Assembly (NCBI GenBank): GCA_016787225.1
Contig: JAEUUY010000026.1
Coordinates: 172,414-236,413, forward strand
Source: Chitinophagales bacterium
GTDB taxonomy: Bacteria > Bacteroidota > Bacteroidia > Chitinophagales > JADJOU01
Direction: 5' to 3'
Length of the DNA: 64,000 bases
The position numbers were made by a program, and so were the translations under genes. This document shows, one piece after another, positions 50,455-61,095 of this stretch (its first letter is position 1; each line of letters opens with the position of its first letter). Below the pieces are notes generated by a model. It searched no databases, had not been told where the DNA came from, and saw nothing but the letters and a program-made list of their open reading frames with translations.

Positions 50455-53349
50455 TTATCTCAAAAGTAAAAAGTGTCCTTCCCCGCTTGCTCTAGTTCCA
50501 TTTGCATGAATCTTTGCTTCATAGGTATAGAAATAAGTTTCCGAATTTTGAGCCTCGCCTTTATAATATCCATCCCAACCTTCTTCCTGATTATTTGAAA
50601 AATAGAGCAAGGTACCTTGACGATTATAGATTTTGAAGCTAATCAATTCTTTGATTGCATATCCCCGAATATATAACCTATCATTGTTCCCATCTCCATT
50701 AGGAGTAAAAGCTCTTGGCACGTCTATAGTGCAAGAGTTGTGCAATTTAAAGCTATCCTTATACACCTCACATGGGTACTGAATAGTATAGAAAAAATTT
50801 TCAGGAAAGTTTATCATTCGTTTACTTCCAAGGTAGTTATCCCTCCATATATAATTTACCGCTAGACTATCTGATATATCTACTAGAAACGAATCTGCAC
50901 ATCGAATAAAATATGAATCTTTTAGTTTAATAGGATTGGGTTTTGAATGCGCTCTTACCCACTTAGATGAAGAATCTATACAGCCATTATCATTGCGAAC
51001 GATTAGGGAGATTTTTTTGGTCTCATCGCCAGTCAAAGTATATAGTAAGGTACTATCCTTTCCTACAATCGAGTCATTCAATGTCCATAGATAACTTGCT
51101 GACCTAGCGGGCGTCTTATAGTTTATAACAGGCTTTAATAAATTTGAAACACCTTTACAAAACTTTTCAAAGGGAAGTCTAATTTCAGGAAGCGGATATG
51201 CTTGTGGCATTTTCACTACCGTATCTGAGCAGCCAAAACTATCAAATACAATTAGTTTGACAGGATATGTTTTTGTATCTTTAAATTTATAGCTTAAATG
51301 AAAACTAGTGTATATTTCTGTTCCGATTTCCCACTTATATTTTAGTGGAGTTGTTAACCATGTTTGACATGTATTTATAAAATGATAAGTATCATTGATA
51401 CATTTATCTTCATATAAAAAGTCAGACCTCAAATAATTTAAATAAATTCGAAAACTGTCAATGTGTTCTTCACATGGATAGGTAATAGTTACCTTATACC
51501 ATCCCCGTTCATTTAGGTACCTAACAGAATCCCTTACGCCGTCATGCCATTTGTACTTAATGGCATATGGATCACCTATGCCGCAAAGTAAGGTCTCATT
51601 GCACTTGACAAAATAGGAATCTAAAAGCAGAGGCGGGATTGGTTTAGGATAAGTCTTTAATTGGACTTTTTTTTCAAATTGACAACCCTTATCTGTAACA
51701 ATAAATAATTTTACATTTAGTAAAGTATCTCTTATCATGCGATAGGTAAATTTTGATCCATTTACCTCATTATTGAAAGCAATCCATTTACTCGAATATA
51801 TACTATCTGGGTAATCAATATAAACATTAGCCTGAATGGTTTTTTCTTCGCCTAAACAAAACCAAATGATGGAATCTTTAATCATTGGTCTTTGAAATAT
51901 TGTGATTTGAAAATTTGTATCATCCACACAATATTTGCTATCTGTAGCTATTAAGGACACTTTATAATTTCCGCTTTTTAGGTAGACATGCTTTGGGTAC
52001 TGCTGTGTGGAAGATTGTCCATCGCCAAAATTCCACTGCCATTTTTGTGTAACTCCATAGTAACTTGTGGTCAAGTCAGTAAATGACACTGGGGAATCTG
52101 GACAAGCATTATGACCTGTAAACAAAACGCGAAATTTAGGGAATACCCTAACATATCTCGATGTAGAATCTTTGCATGTATCACCTGTTATTCTTACCTT
52201 ATAAGCCCATAGTCTTACAAGAAATACTCCTGTATCCGAATAGGTATGTGAAGGTTCAATTTCTTTAGAGGTATTCAAAAGCCCTGAAGCGGGATCTCCA
52301 AAATCCCATCTATAATGGGTACTATTCGAACTAGTATTTTTAAATTTCACTAAAAAGGTATCACAAAAGTTATACATATAGGCTGCCATTCCTGTATTGG
52401 GGTCCATGGTTCCCGGGAGAAAAGGCATATCTGCTTTAGGAATATCACAGTTGACTACGTTAAACTGAAAATCTCTATTCAATGTATCGATGGGAAGGCC
52501 ATTTCTGTATTCAACAACGATAACCGATACAACAAAGCGTCCGTTTATATTTGGTCTGCAACTCATAAACCCAGTATTCGAATCTATACTTAAAGCTGGA
52601 TTACCACCTAAAACATTAGATAGCGAATAGCTTGACTGCCAGCGGACTCCTTTCACAGGGACTAACGATTGATTGGAAGAAAGGGGTTCCATAGCTGTTA
52701 ACCCGTCTAATGGTGTGGTCAGAAAATAGCGCAAACTATCTCCATCGCTATCGGTAGCTCCATGATCAAAATAAAATGATTGATCTCTACAGATAAATAT
52801 AGGTGGGAATTTTTTGAAAACTGGAGAATTATTAGCGTAGGCTACAATAGGTGGTATAAAACATTTAATAGTGAATCCAGGCATAGTATTGTCATCGCCC
52901 TCGATTGGCTTTATATTGAGAATTGCATCATTTCTACAACACCTCTGATGGATAATGGTGTACCCAATATCATTTCGCGGAAGGTCAATCTCTGTTTCAT
53001 AAACTCCTTCTTCAACACAACTATTATTCGGTTGAAGACAACTATGGACAATAACTGAGTTTAAAGTCCTCTTTGATTTAAGACTTATAGAGCGAAATTC
53101 TGCAGGAAAAGTATTTATTGTCTCTGTACCTTGAAATATTCCAAAATAAAATTTATTGTCAGGATTATTGATGTAGTCTCCATCAAATCGAGTGGTGCTG
53201 CTGCAATCTCTATAAATTAAAAAAGTTAATCTGTATTTAGTTCCCCCTAAATAATTATACTGAATTTCTCCTCCTACAATATGAGAAGCCTGAGCGTGAA
53301 AAATAATCAGAGTGAAAGTCGAGAACAAGATACAGTTAATTCCACACAT
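50455..53349 (-). CDS. Large secreted PKD/Ig-like repeat protein with T9SS type-B (gliding-motility-associated) C-terminal domain
   Basis: C-terminus FTPNGDGNNDRLYIRG...GWDGYYKGEAQNSETYFYTYEA; 964 aa. Confidence 0.8.
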   Translation of the reverse strand: MCGINCILFSTFTLIIFHAQASHIVGGEIQYNYLGGTKYRLTFLIYRDCSSTTRFDGDYINNPDNKFYFGIFQGTETINTFPAEFRSISLKSKRTLNSVIVHSCLQPNNSCVEEGVYETEIDLPRNDIGYTIIHQRCCRNDAILNIKPIEGDDNTMPGFTIKCFIPPIVAYANNSPVFKKFPPIFICRDQSFYFDHGATDSDGDSLRYFLTTPLDGLTAMEPLSSNQSLVPVKGVRWQSSYSLSNVLGGNPALSIDSNTGFMSCRPNINGRFVVSVIVVEYRNGLPIDTLNRDFQFNVVNCDIPKADMPFLPGTMDPNTGMAAYMYNFCDTFLVKFKNTSSNSTHYRWDFGDPASGLLNTSKEIEPSHTYSDTGVFLVRLWAYKVRITGDTCKDSTSRYVRVFPKFRVLFTGHNACPDSPVSFTDLTTSYYGVTQKWQWNFGDGQSSTQQYPKHVYLKSGNYKVSLIATDSKYCVDDTNFQITIFQRPMIKDSIIWFCLGEEKTIQANVYIDYPDSIYSSKWIAFNNEVNGSKFTYRMIRDTLLNVKLFIVTDKGCQFEKKVQLKTYPKPIPPLLLDSYFVKCNETLLCGIGDPYAIKYKWHDGVRDSVRYLNERGWYKVTITYPCEEHIDSFRIYLNYLRSDFLYEDKCINDTYHFINTCQTWLTTPLKYKWEIGTEIYTSFHLSYKFKDTKTYPVKLIVFDSFGCSDTVVKMPQAYPLPEIRLPFEKFCKGVSNLLKPVINYKTPARSASYLWTLNDSIVGKDSTLLYTLTGDETKKISLIVRNDNGCIDSSSKWVRAHSKPNPIKLKDSYFIRCADSFLVDISDSLAVNYIWRDNYLGSKRMINFPENFFYTIQYPCEVYKDSFKLHNSCTIDVPRAFTPNGDGNNDRLYIRGYAIKELISFKIYNRQGTLLYFSNNQEEGWDGYYKGEAQNSETYFYTYEAKIHANGTRASGEGHFLLLR

Positions 53350-53432
53350 ATTTCATTTAGCATTTGATACAAAAGTAGTATGCTTTTTATGCTAAAAAAA
53401 ATAGAAAAAAAAGATTTTGTTAGATAATTTTT

Positions 53433-56400
53433 TTATCGAATCAAAGTAACGTTGCCTGACTTATTATATAATTGGTCTTTACATTTATATTTCAATTTAT
53501 AATTATACACTCCTACTGGAGCTTCGTCGCCTTTGTAATATCCTTTCCATCCCTCTTTATCATCGAAATAATTATATATCAATTCTCCCCAACGATTGAA
53601 CAGTATAAAATCGACTATGTTAATCTTATCAGACTTAACAATAAGTGATAATTTATCATTTACTCCATCGTTATTTGGCGAGAAACCAGTCGGAATTAAA
53701 ATACGATTACATTCATTTAAGGTGTCACAGTTTTTAAAATCGAGATAGATAAATTTTAAGGTATGACAAGTTGTTTTATAATTTGAAAAAATAGTATCGC
53801 TGATAATGGTTGGTAATCGATATACCTTATTTTTATATTCAAAACTATCATCGACACAAATTATAGTATCTATTTGGGTGACTGGCCAGGAATTCACCTT
53901 AACCTTGGTCAAGTGAAAAGAATCACAACCTGAAGACAGTTTAAATGTATCATAGTAGTCGCCCGAAGTTTTCACATACCGATTGAGTATTTTGAGGCTA
54001 TCACCTTGGCAAAACTCATAATTCTCAGCTCCTATAATACGATAAATATGTAAATCCATTTCATAAATGCTATCGCAGCCATTACTTGTTTGAAAGGTTT
54101 TATAATATAGACCAGATATACTATAATTCTGTCCAAAAAATGTCACTGATTTTCCTAAACAGGTAGAAGCTTTTGAGCTGAAAAAATAAGAAGGATTTAC
54201 AGTTAAATTTACTTCTATAGTACTATCACAATTTTTGCCAGATTTGTAAGAGATATTATACTTGCCAGTTTTGGTAAACTTAAAAGTATCAATCTTAAAT
54301 GTATCTCCAGAACAAATTGAGATATTGCGAGAAATAATAACAGGAGTAATAACTGTCAAATAAAAGGTAACTGTCGAGTCACAACCTAATACATTAGTAT
54401 ATTTTGCTACATAAGTACCACTAGAAGTAAGTGTTTGGTTATTAAAAACTCTCGATTCTCCAAGACATATGGTATCATACAAACTTGTGGTACTTGGAGT
54501 AGCTGCTAATACTTTAATATCAAACATTAGTACCGAATCGCAACCAAATCTATTTATTAATGAATCATAATATATTCCTGATTGCGATACAGCTTTTCCT
54601 CTAATATAAATAGTGTCTCCATAGCATAAACTTCTTTTTATCGTATCCAAAGAAGCTGTGAGAAAGCTCAAAGTAGTTTGTACAATTTTTAAACAACCAT
54701 TTTCAACTATAGTATCTTTATACGTACCAGCAGTATTATAAACACTTTTACCTAAACTATAGGTTTGCCCTTGACATTTAATTACAGTATCAAAGTGAAC
54801 TGTTGGATATGGTTTAAATGTTATATTTTCTGTCACTGAAGCTGGAAGACAAACAGAAATTCTAACAATACTTACTTGATACTCTTCACCTTGAGTACCT
54901 GTAAATGTATCTCTTAGTTGACTCGTGTTTAACTTACTCCTTACTATTTCTTGAGTAGACTTTTTTCTCCAAATAAAATCAAAAACAGAACCACTAATCG
55001 TATTAGAAATACTCACTATTGCTTTACTAATACAATCAGAGACTACTGTAGCTGCCACTATTGATGAATCACATGAACTAAAACTAGTTTCCGCAGCAAA
55101 GCCGTGACCAGAAATATAAAGTCTGTTGCTTTTCTTTGAAGCCTTTAAATCATGTACAGGTCTTCCGTTAAAACCATTAAAATAAATTTGTCTTGTAAAG
55201 TTGAAATTAGTCCCATCAAAATTGTAAACTAGCACATTGCCATTATTTCCTCCTATATATACATTATTACAATCATCAGACTCTATACCACCCTGTACCT
55301 TGGAAATATGACTAGCGATTAAAATGGGATAACCCGCAGTATCACCTGTTAAAAGATTAAATGCCTTTAAATGAATACCATCATAATAGAAAAGATATGA
55401 AGCATTAGCTGATAAACAGTTAAAACCATTAGAAATATTTGACCCTGAATCAAGTTTATTATCTGCCTCTTTAAAATCATCGTATCCGCTCCATCTGCTC
55501 CATACATTTCCATTCAATGTAGAATTACATTTGAATATTTTATTGTGAACTTCTGGGGTGGCGGTACGGCTTCCAGCATAGGATGACAACAAAACATATA
55601 ATTCGCCTTTATTGTCAATTGCTGAACCTACTACATCTTGCTGAAAGGTGGTATATGTAGTCACACAGGATGTATTCGTATTACCATTCGTTTTATCTAC
55701 AGTACCCATAGTAAGATTGGAAGAAGTGCTTCCTCCCATCACTATAATATCTCCGTTATTGCAATTAAACTGAAATTCCCAACACTCTAGAAAACCAGGT
55801 ACGACATTAGAAATAAAATTGTCGTAAACTCCATCATTTTTCAATCTAATTGTTTTCGTTCCTGATGAATTAAATGCCTCTCCTGTATAAATTTTATTCG
55901 TATTTTTATCCACAATAAAATTAGATATTCCCTTATAACTTCCTGTATTCCATGAAAATAAACTCATAATACAATTAAACGTCCAAAGTAGTTGACCCGT
56001 GGTGGAGTATTTAGCAATTTTAGTCGGAGCGCTTGAATTGTATAAATTGACACCACCGCCATAAACAAATAGATTTCCATCAGAATCATAATCCACATCA
56101 TAGCCTCTCTGATTCCCATTTCCATCGCCAGTTAAGGTTGTTGTCCCTGCCACCCAAGGATCTATTTCCAGCTCTTCGTTGACCACATCTACCCCTTGAA
56201 CTATAAAGCCAATTTCAGTTTCAGATAGAATATAAACACATGGCAAAAAATGCTTTTCTTGATTTAACTTATTACATTTCAGTCCAAATTCATAAACAGG
56301 AAAAACAGTTTTTTGAAGTTCAAGACCTGTTTCTCCTTCTAGTAAACTGACATCGACATTATGATATTTCATCTTGAGGTCAGAGACCTTAGCTCCTTTG

Positions 56401-56936
56401 TGAAGTAGAATACTATAATGAAATCGGATGTTATCTTCTATAGTATAGACAATATCAATATTTGGATAAATGTTTTTATAGGTTAATTTTTTGTATCCAT
56501 AGGATTTGAATTCTTCTGGTCCGAAGGAAAAATAATGATTTGATTTTTGTTCTTGGATAAGTTTGCAGTTCTGATTGGCGCCTATCCACTCCAGCTGGAT
56601 GGTCTTTTCCATCTGTTCCGCCATAGCGAAATTATACTCTGGCTGCTCATGGATCTTTCTTGGTTTTACTTTTTTCTGATGTATAGAAAATCCATTTTTA
56701 TGAAAAAAGACATTGCCGTATGGCATTTCAGTACTATATAGAATTTTGTGCTTACCTATTTGCTGATAATTAAATTGTCCCCTATTTTCAATAAAATAAT
56801 CTGTTTGGAATATATTATTGCTCACGTAATTTACCTGTGTCTTAACCAAAACAGGTATCAAAAGAGTTAGGAATAGTTGTCTCCCCTTTGACATAATTTT
56901 GTTTTTTTGATTCAAAACAAAGATACAGATATACAA
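53433..56936 (-). CDS. Large secreted protein with T9SS type-B C-terminal domain; start probably MSKGRQLFLTLLIP near 56894
   Basis: C-terminus FSPNNDGVNDKLSLIV...GWKGYYKGDEAPVGVYNYKLKY; Cys/Thr-rich repeated modules; 1167 aa. Confidence 0.8.
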   Translation of the reverse strand: MYICIFVLNQKNKIMSKGRQLFLTLLIPVLVKTQVNYVSNNIFQTDYFIENRGQFNYQQIGKHKILYSTEMPYGNVFFHKNGFSIHQKKVKPRKIHEQPEYNFAMAEQMEKTIQLEWIGANQNCKLIQEQKSNHYFSFGPEEFKSYGYKKLTYKNIYPNIDIVYTIEDNIRFHYSILLHKGAKVSDLKMKYHNVDVSLLEGETGLELQKTVFPVYEFGLKCNKLNQEKHFLPCVYILSETEIGFIVQGVDVVNEELEIDPWVAGTTTLTGDGNGNQRGYDVDYDSDGNLFVYGGGVNLYNSSAPTKIAKYSTTGQLLWTFNCIMSLFSWNTGSYKGISNFIVDKNTNKIYTGEAFNSSGTKTIRLKNDGVYDNFISNVVPGFLECWEFQFNCNNGDIIVMGGSTSSNLTMGTVDKTNGNTNTSCVTTYTTFQQDVVGSAIDNKGELYVLLSSYAGSRTATPEVHNKIFKCNSTLNGNVWSRWSGYDDFKEADNKLDSGSNISNGFNCLSANASYLFYYDGIHLKAFNLLTGDTAGYPILIASHISKVQGGIESDDCNNVYIGGNNGNVLVYNFDGTNFNFTRQIYFNGFNGRPVHDLKASKKSNRLYISGHGFAAETSFSSCDSSIVAATVVSDCISKAIVSISNTISGSVFDFIWRKKSTQEIVRSKLNTSQLRDTFTGTQGEEYQVSIVRISVCLPASVTENITFKPYPTVHFDTVIKCQGQTYSLGKSVYNTAGTYKDTIVENGCLKIVQTTLSFLTASLDTIKRSLCYGDTIYIRGKAVSQSGIYYDSLINRFGCDSVLMFDIKVLAATPSTTSLYDTICLGESRVFNNQTLTSSGTYVAKYTNVLGCDSTVTFYLTVITPVIISRNISICSGDTFKIDTFKFTKTGKYNISYKSGKNCDSTIEVNLTVNPSYFFSSKASTCLGKSVTFFGQNYSISGLYYKTFQTSNGCDSIYEMDLHIYRIIGAENYEFCQGDSLKILNRYVKTSGDYYDTFKLSSGCDSFHLTKVKVNSWPVTQIDTIICVDDSFEYKNKVYRLPTIISDTIFSNYKTTCHTLKFIYLDFKNCDTLNECNRILIPTGFSPNNDGVNDKLSLIVKSDKINIVDFILFNRWGELIYNYFDDKEGWKGYYKGDEAPVGVYNYKLKYKCKDQLYNKSGNVTLIR

Positions 56937-56948
56937 TTAAATTGGCGT

Positions 56949-57944
56949 TTAATTTTCGTACACCGAAATTCCATACCGCTCTCTCATTTCCTCCAGTATA
57001 TCCAATATTTCCTGATAATTCATCGTATTGACCAGGCGGGCGCGGTATTCCTTCACACCATCGAGTCCTTTGAAATAAGCGGCATAGTGCATACGCGTTT
57101 CCAATAAACCTAGAACCATTCCTTTCCATTCGATCGCGCGCTTGAGGTGCTTCTGCACGGCATAAATGCGCTCATGAATATCGGGTGGTGGCAGCTCCGT
57201 TTGATGTTTAAAATAGTGTTTGACTTCTCTAAAAATCCATGGATTGCCTATTGCACCGCGTCCTATCATGATGCCATCTACATTATATTTATTTTTATAC
57301 TCCCATGCTTTCTGCGGACTATCTATATCGCCATTTCCAAATACGGGAATGGTCAAACGAGGGTTATCCTTTACTTTATTAATCCATGACCAGTCCGAAT
57401 GTCCTTTGTACATCTGTACTCGCGTACGTGCATGAATGGATAGTGCTTGCACGCCGATATCTTGCAAGCGTTCTGCCACTTCTACTATATTAATAGAACT
57501 CTCATCCCAACCTAGACGAGTTTTGACTGTCACAGGTAGTGATGTCGCTTTGATGACAGCCTCCGTAAGTGCTATCATCTTGGGGATATTTTTCAAAATC
57601 CCAGCACCAGCTTCTTTGCAGACTACTTTTTTGACAGGACAACCGTAATTGATATCTAGGAGACATGGGTTCGCTGCTTCTACGATTTCTGCCGAACCTA
57701 TCATAGCATCGAAGTCAGAACCAAAAATTTGAATACCAATCGGTCGTTCATCTTCGTATATGTCGAGTTTTTTCACCGACTTATCTGCATGACGAATGAG
57801 TCCATCTGTAGAGATAAATTCTGTATACATCAAATCAGCCCCAAACTCTTTGCATAAAGCGCGAAAAGGTGGGTCGCTCACATCCTCCATAGGGGCGAGC
57901 ATTAGCGGAAATTCTGCTATATTTACGTTTCCTATTTTTACCAT
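56949..57944 (-). CDS. tRNA-dihydrouridine synthase (Dus family)
   Basis: FPLMLAPMEDVSDPPFR, INYGCPVKKV; 331 aa. Confidence 0.88.
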   Translation of the reverse strand: MVKIGNVNIAEFPLMLAPMEDVSDPPFRALCKEFGADLMYTEFISTDGLIRHADKSVKKLDIYEDERPIGIQIFGSDFDAMIGSAEIVEAANPCLLDINYGCPVKKVVCKEAGAGILKNIPKMIALTEAVIKATSLPVTVKTRLGWDESSINIVEVAERLQDIGVQALSIHARTRVQMYKGHSDWSWINKVKDNPRLTIPVFGNGDIDSPQKAWEYKNKYNVDGIMIGRGAIGNPWIFREVKHYFKHQTELPPPDIHERIYAVQKHLKRAIEWKGMVLGLLETRMHYAAYFKGLDGVKEYRARLVNTMNYQEILDILEEMRERYGISVYEN

Positions 57945-57975
57945 CGATTTGCAAAAATAGTCATAATATTGGCAA

Positions 57976-58863
57976 ATGAATTTATCGAATCAACCGAAGA
58001 ATTTTACACTCCTTCTTATTGGCTGTATTATAATAGGAGTCATGGTTGCTGTGACACTATGCGCCATTATTTTAATTCCATTTATCGACATTGCGCATGG
58101 TGATGGGCTTGATATGCTATCACTACCAAGAGAGAAATTGATATCGGTGCAAACTATCCAAATGATAGGTTTTTTTATATTGCCACCAGTTTTGTTTGCT
58201 TTATTTTCAAAAAATGATTTTCTAACTTGTTTCAATTTTGATAAACCAAACGGAGTTACAAAATACTTATTCGCTACCTTTCTTGCTCTCGCTTTATTTC
58301 CTGTATTAATTAATTTTCAATACTGGACTATTCAAGCACCGTGGCCAGAATCGATAAAAATAATAGCCGAAAATCAAAAAGCGCTAAACGAAAAGATTAT
58401 AGGAATATTTTTAAATGAACCTGGACTAGGAAATCTATTATTTATGATAGGTATGATAGGAATAGGAGCAGGACTGACCGAAGAGTTATTTTTCCGTGGA
58501 TTGTTAATGCCATGGATAGAGCGAATTACAAAAAACACTTGGGCAGCCATCATTATGAGTGGTACAATTTTCAGTATGTTTCACTCTAATTTTTATGACT
58601 TTCTTCCTATAGTGGTTGTGGGAATCTTATTTGGCTATATATACTCAAAAACAAGAGACCTCAAACTCAACATATACATACACGCTCTATATAATAGCTC
58701 TCAGGTTATTCTGAATTATTTATATAAGAATAAAATGATAGCAGTTAATTTAGAAGAAATAGAGCAGGTTCCTATTTTAGCATGGGCCATCTGCCTTGCC
58801 GTAGTTATTTTTTTAGTATATAAAATTGTCAAAAACTATGAATACATTTCTGACCCGAGCTAG
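57976..58863 (+). CDS. CPBP (CAAX) family intramembrane metalloprotease
   Basis: EELFFRGLL, FSMFHSNFYDF and HALYN motifs. Confidence 0.75.
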   Translation: MNLSNQPKNFTLLLIGCIIIGVMVAVTLCAIILIPFIDIAHGDGLDMLSLPREKLISVQTIQMIGFFILPPVLFALFSKNDFLTCFNFDKPNGVTKYLFATFLALALFPVLINFQYWTIQAPWPESIKIIAENQKALNEKIIGIFLNEPGLGNLLFMIGMIGIGAGLTEELFFRGLLMPWIERITKNTWAAIIMSGTIFSMFHSNFYDFLPIVVVGILFGYIYSKTRDLKLNIYIHALYNSSQVILNYLYKNKMIAVNLEEIEQVPILAWAICLAVVIFLVYKIVKNYEYISDPS

Positions 58864-59692
58864 TACAGCTATTGTTTTTGCTGTTATCGTCATCGGCGGG
58901 TTGTTATACAATCGCTGGTCATATACCGCTCTGATTATGACTATTCTTATCGGCAGTGTTTTAGAATTTTATCGCATTAGTGCTCCAATGTTTAAAAAAG
59001 ACAAGTCAAAGCTTAGTTTTTACAAAACTATGGTGCTCAGCATGTCTATTATTTGCGCATTCATCTCCTTTGGTGTAGCTTTCGATTATCTCTCTAGTGC
59101 TTATTTATTTTCTATACCACTATTTATTGCTGCTGTTTTCTACACAGAATTAGTTCTTAAGTCTCGCAAACCATTTCGAAGTATTGGTCTAAATCTATTA
59201 GCTTTATACTACATTGCGTTGCCATTAGCACTCACATTTTTTACAGCTAATCTTCAAAGTCAGTTTACGGGTGCCGTCCTACTGGGGGTATTGTTCATTA
59301 TCTGGGGAAATGATAGTGGTGCCTATATAGTAGGTTCCCTCATTGGAAAAAACAAATTGATACCTCATGTATCCCCTAATAAGACTATTGAGGGATTTCT
59401 AGGTGGAGGTCTTTTTTGTGTTATTATAGCTTATCTCAATATTCATGTTTTTAAAAATATTTCTGCCCTTGATGCGTTATCCATAGTGAAGCCAAGTGTG
59501 TGGTATATGATAGCTGGGGTTGTGTTTATTTTTGCTACTATGGGCGATTTAGTAGAGAGTTTGCTGAAAAGAAGTCTTGATATCAAAGACTCGGGTAATA
59601 TTCTTCCCGGTCACGGTGGTTTTTTGGATAGATTTGATGCCTTTTTATTTGTCTTACCTTTTGTAGTGGCCATTATCAAAATTTTTAATTAA
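58826..59692 (+). CDS. cdsA: Phosphatidate cytidylyltransferase
   Basis: C-terminal SLLKRSLDIKDSGNILPGHGGFLDRFDAFLFVLPF signature. Confidence 0.88.
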   Translation: MSKTMNTFLTRASTAIVFAVIVIGGLLYNRWSYTALIMTILIGSVLEFYRISAPMFKKDKSKLSFYKTMVLSMSIICAFISFGVAFDYLSSAYLFSIPLFIAAVFYTELVLKSRKPFRSIGLNLLALYYIALPLALTFFTANLQSQFTGAVLLGVLFIIWGNDSGAYIVGSLIGKNKLIPHVSPNKTIEGFLGGGLFCVIIAYLNIHVFKNISALDALSIVKPSVWYMIAGVVFIFATMGDLVESLLKRSLDIKDSGNILPGHGGFLDRFDAFLFVLPFVVAIIKIFN

Positions 59693-59713
59693 CTTTGTAG
59701 AAAAATTATAATT

Positions 59714-60178
59714 ATGAGTGAGCTCAATATAGACGATGAATTTAAAAAAGTGAATGTCCATAAAGTAATGACCAAGGACATCATAGCTGCAAGCCCTAAC
59801 AATAAGTTTTCTCAAGTGTTTCAATTTTTTAGTGAGCGAAATATAAATCATATACCCGTTTGTGAGGATGGTGTCATCAAAGGAATTATAAGCAACAAAG
59901 ACATGATGCGAATTCTCTACAAATATATTGTATATGGAAAGAATTCAGATATTGCTGCTTTGGATGAGCAAATAAAGATTACGGATATCATGTCTAAAAA
60001 TCCAATGACCATAGATGCTAACACGAATCTAGCTGAGGTCAGGGAGTTATTTTACAAACTTCCGTTTTCTTGCCTTCCGATCACTTATGAGGGTAAACTA
60101 GTAGGCGTTATGACTCCTAAAGATTTTGTAAAATTAAAAATCATCCAAATAGACGGCTCCGAATATGGAGGCTACTAG
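59714..60178 (+). CDS. CBS-domain pair protein
   Basis: Two CBS-like segments (VMTKDIIAASPNN ..., IMSKNPMTIDANTNLAEV ...). Confidence 0.65.
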   Translation: MSELNIDDEFKKVNVHKVMTKDIIAASPNNKFSQVFQFFSERNINHIPVCEDGVIKGIISNKDMMRILYKYIVYGKNSDIAALDEQIKITDIMSKNPMTIDANTNLAEVRELFYKLPFSCLPITYEGKLVGVMTPKDFVKLKIIQIDGSEYGGY

Positions 60179-60247
60179 TACTTAGTGGTTTCAACAAAAA
60201 AAGAAAACCTCAAATAGAATTACTTCACGAGAGTGCAATAATTAAAC

Positions 60248-60294
60248 AAAGGTCTAAGGCGAAAACTATTCAGCCTTTGACCTTTGTTTTTTTT
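60248..60294 (+). terminator. Hairpin AAAGGTC-(loop)-GACCTTT followed by a T8 run; terminator for the CBS-protein transcript
   Basis: 7 bp stem at 60248-60254/60279-60285 then TTTTTTTT at 60287-60294, between convergent genes. Confidence 0.5.
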
Positions 60295-60312
60295 GGCTGT
60301 GTCATATTATTA

Positions 60313-60741
60313 TTACCTGCACCTCCAGCGTCTATTGCCATATCCATAACCTCTATTGGGTCTGTGTCCATACCAATAAGGTCTATAATACATAGGCGGA
60401 GGCGGAGCTATATATACTGGAGCACAATAGCTAGGGGGAGGAGTCACTACAACTACATTTCTTCGGCATGAAGGTGGAGGTGGAGGAGGACAACCTCTAT
60501 AGCCGTAGTTTGTAGGGTAATAGTTAGGGTCTTGATAGGGGTTATCCCAACCGTTCTGACCTCGAGAGGATCCTCTTTGTGATTGATCCCAATTTCTATT
60601 ATCTTGTCGATTCCAATTATTATCCTGATAATCATCCTCATTGCCCAAGGTCTGAGCATCCATGCTCATTGCGATTATGAAGGACAATGTTAAAAGTAAA
60701 TTTTTCTTATTCATATCTTGAAATTTAAAATGAGTAATCAA
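60313..60741 (-). CDS. Small secreted low-complexity protein rich in Pro/Tyr/Trp/Asn/Arg; start probably MNKKNLLL near 60714
   Basis: Signal peptide then PPPPPPS, PPPSY, APPPPMYY, GYGYG tracts. Confidence 0.5.
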   Translation of the reverse strand: MITHFKFQDMNKKNLLLTLSFIIAMSMDAQTLGNEDDYQDNNWNRQDNRNWDQSQRGSSRGQNGWDNPYQDPNYYPTNYGYRGCPPPPPPSCRRNVVVVTPPPSYCAPVYIAPPPPMYYRPYWYGHRPNRGYGYGNRRWRCR

Positions 60742-61095
60742 TTTAATTTTTAGAGATAAACTCGAAAGCTGGGGTTTAATGACTTAACGAAAAATAACAG
60801 ACAACATATTTATCCCGAATTCAGCAATAGAGGTTTGAAAAACCGATTAGTGCTGATTATGAGGGTAATCTCTGACGGAGTCTGATACTCGTCAGAGTCA
60901 TCAGACCCGACATTGCGATTGTTTTCAATTTATTGAATTACAAACACTTCGTCGAATCTGCATTTCTAATGCAGATTTTGGGATTATAGAAGTAGTTAGT
61001 CGCAGTTCTAAATCATAGCATATTGTATCGGTTCATAGTTTCATTGAGAGAAAACATCCTAATATCTGATACTAATAAGTCCCTATATTTGTTGC

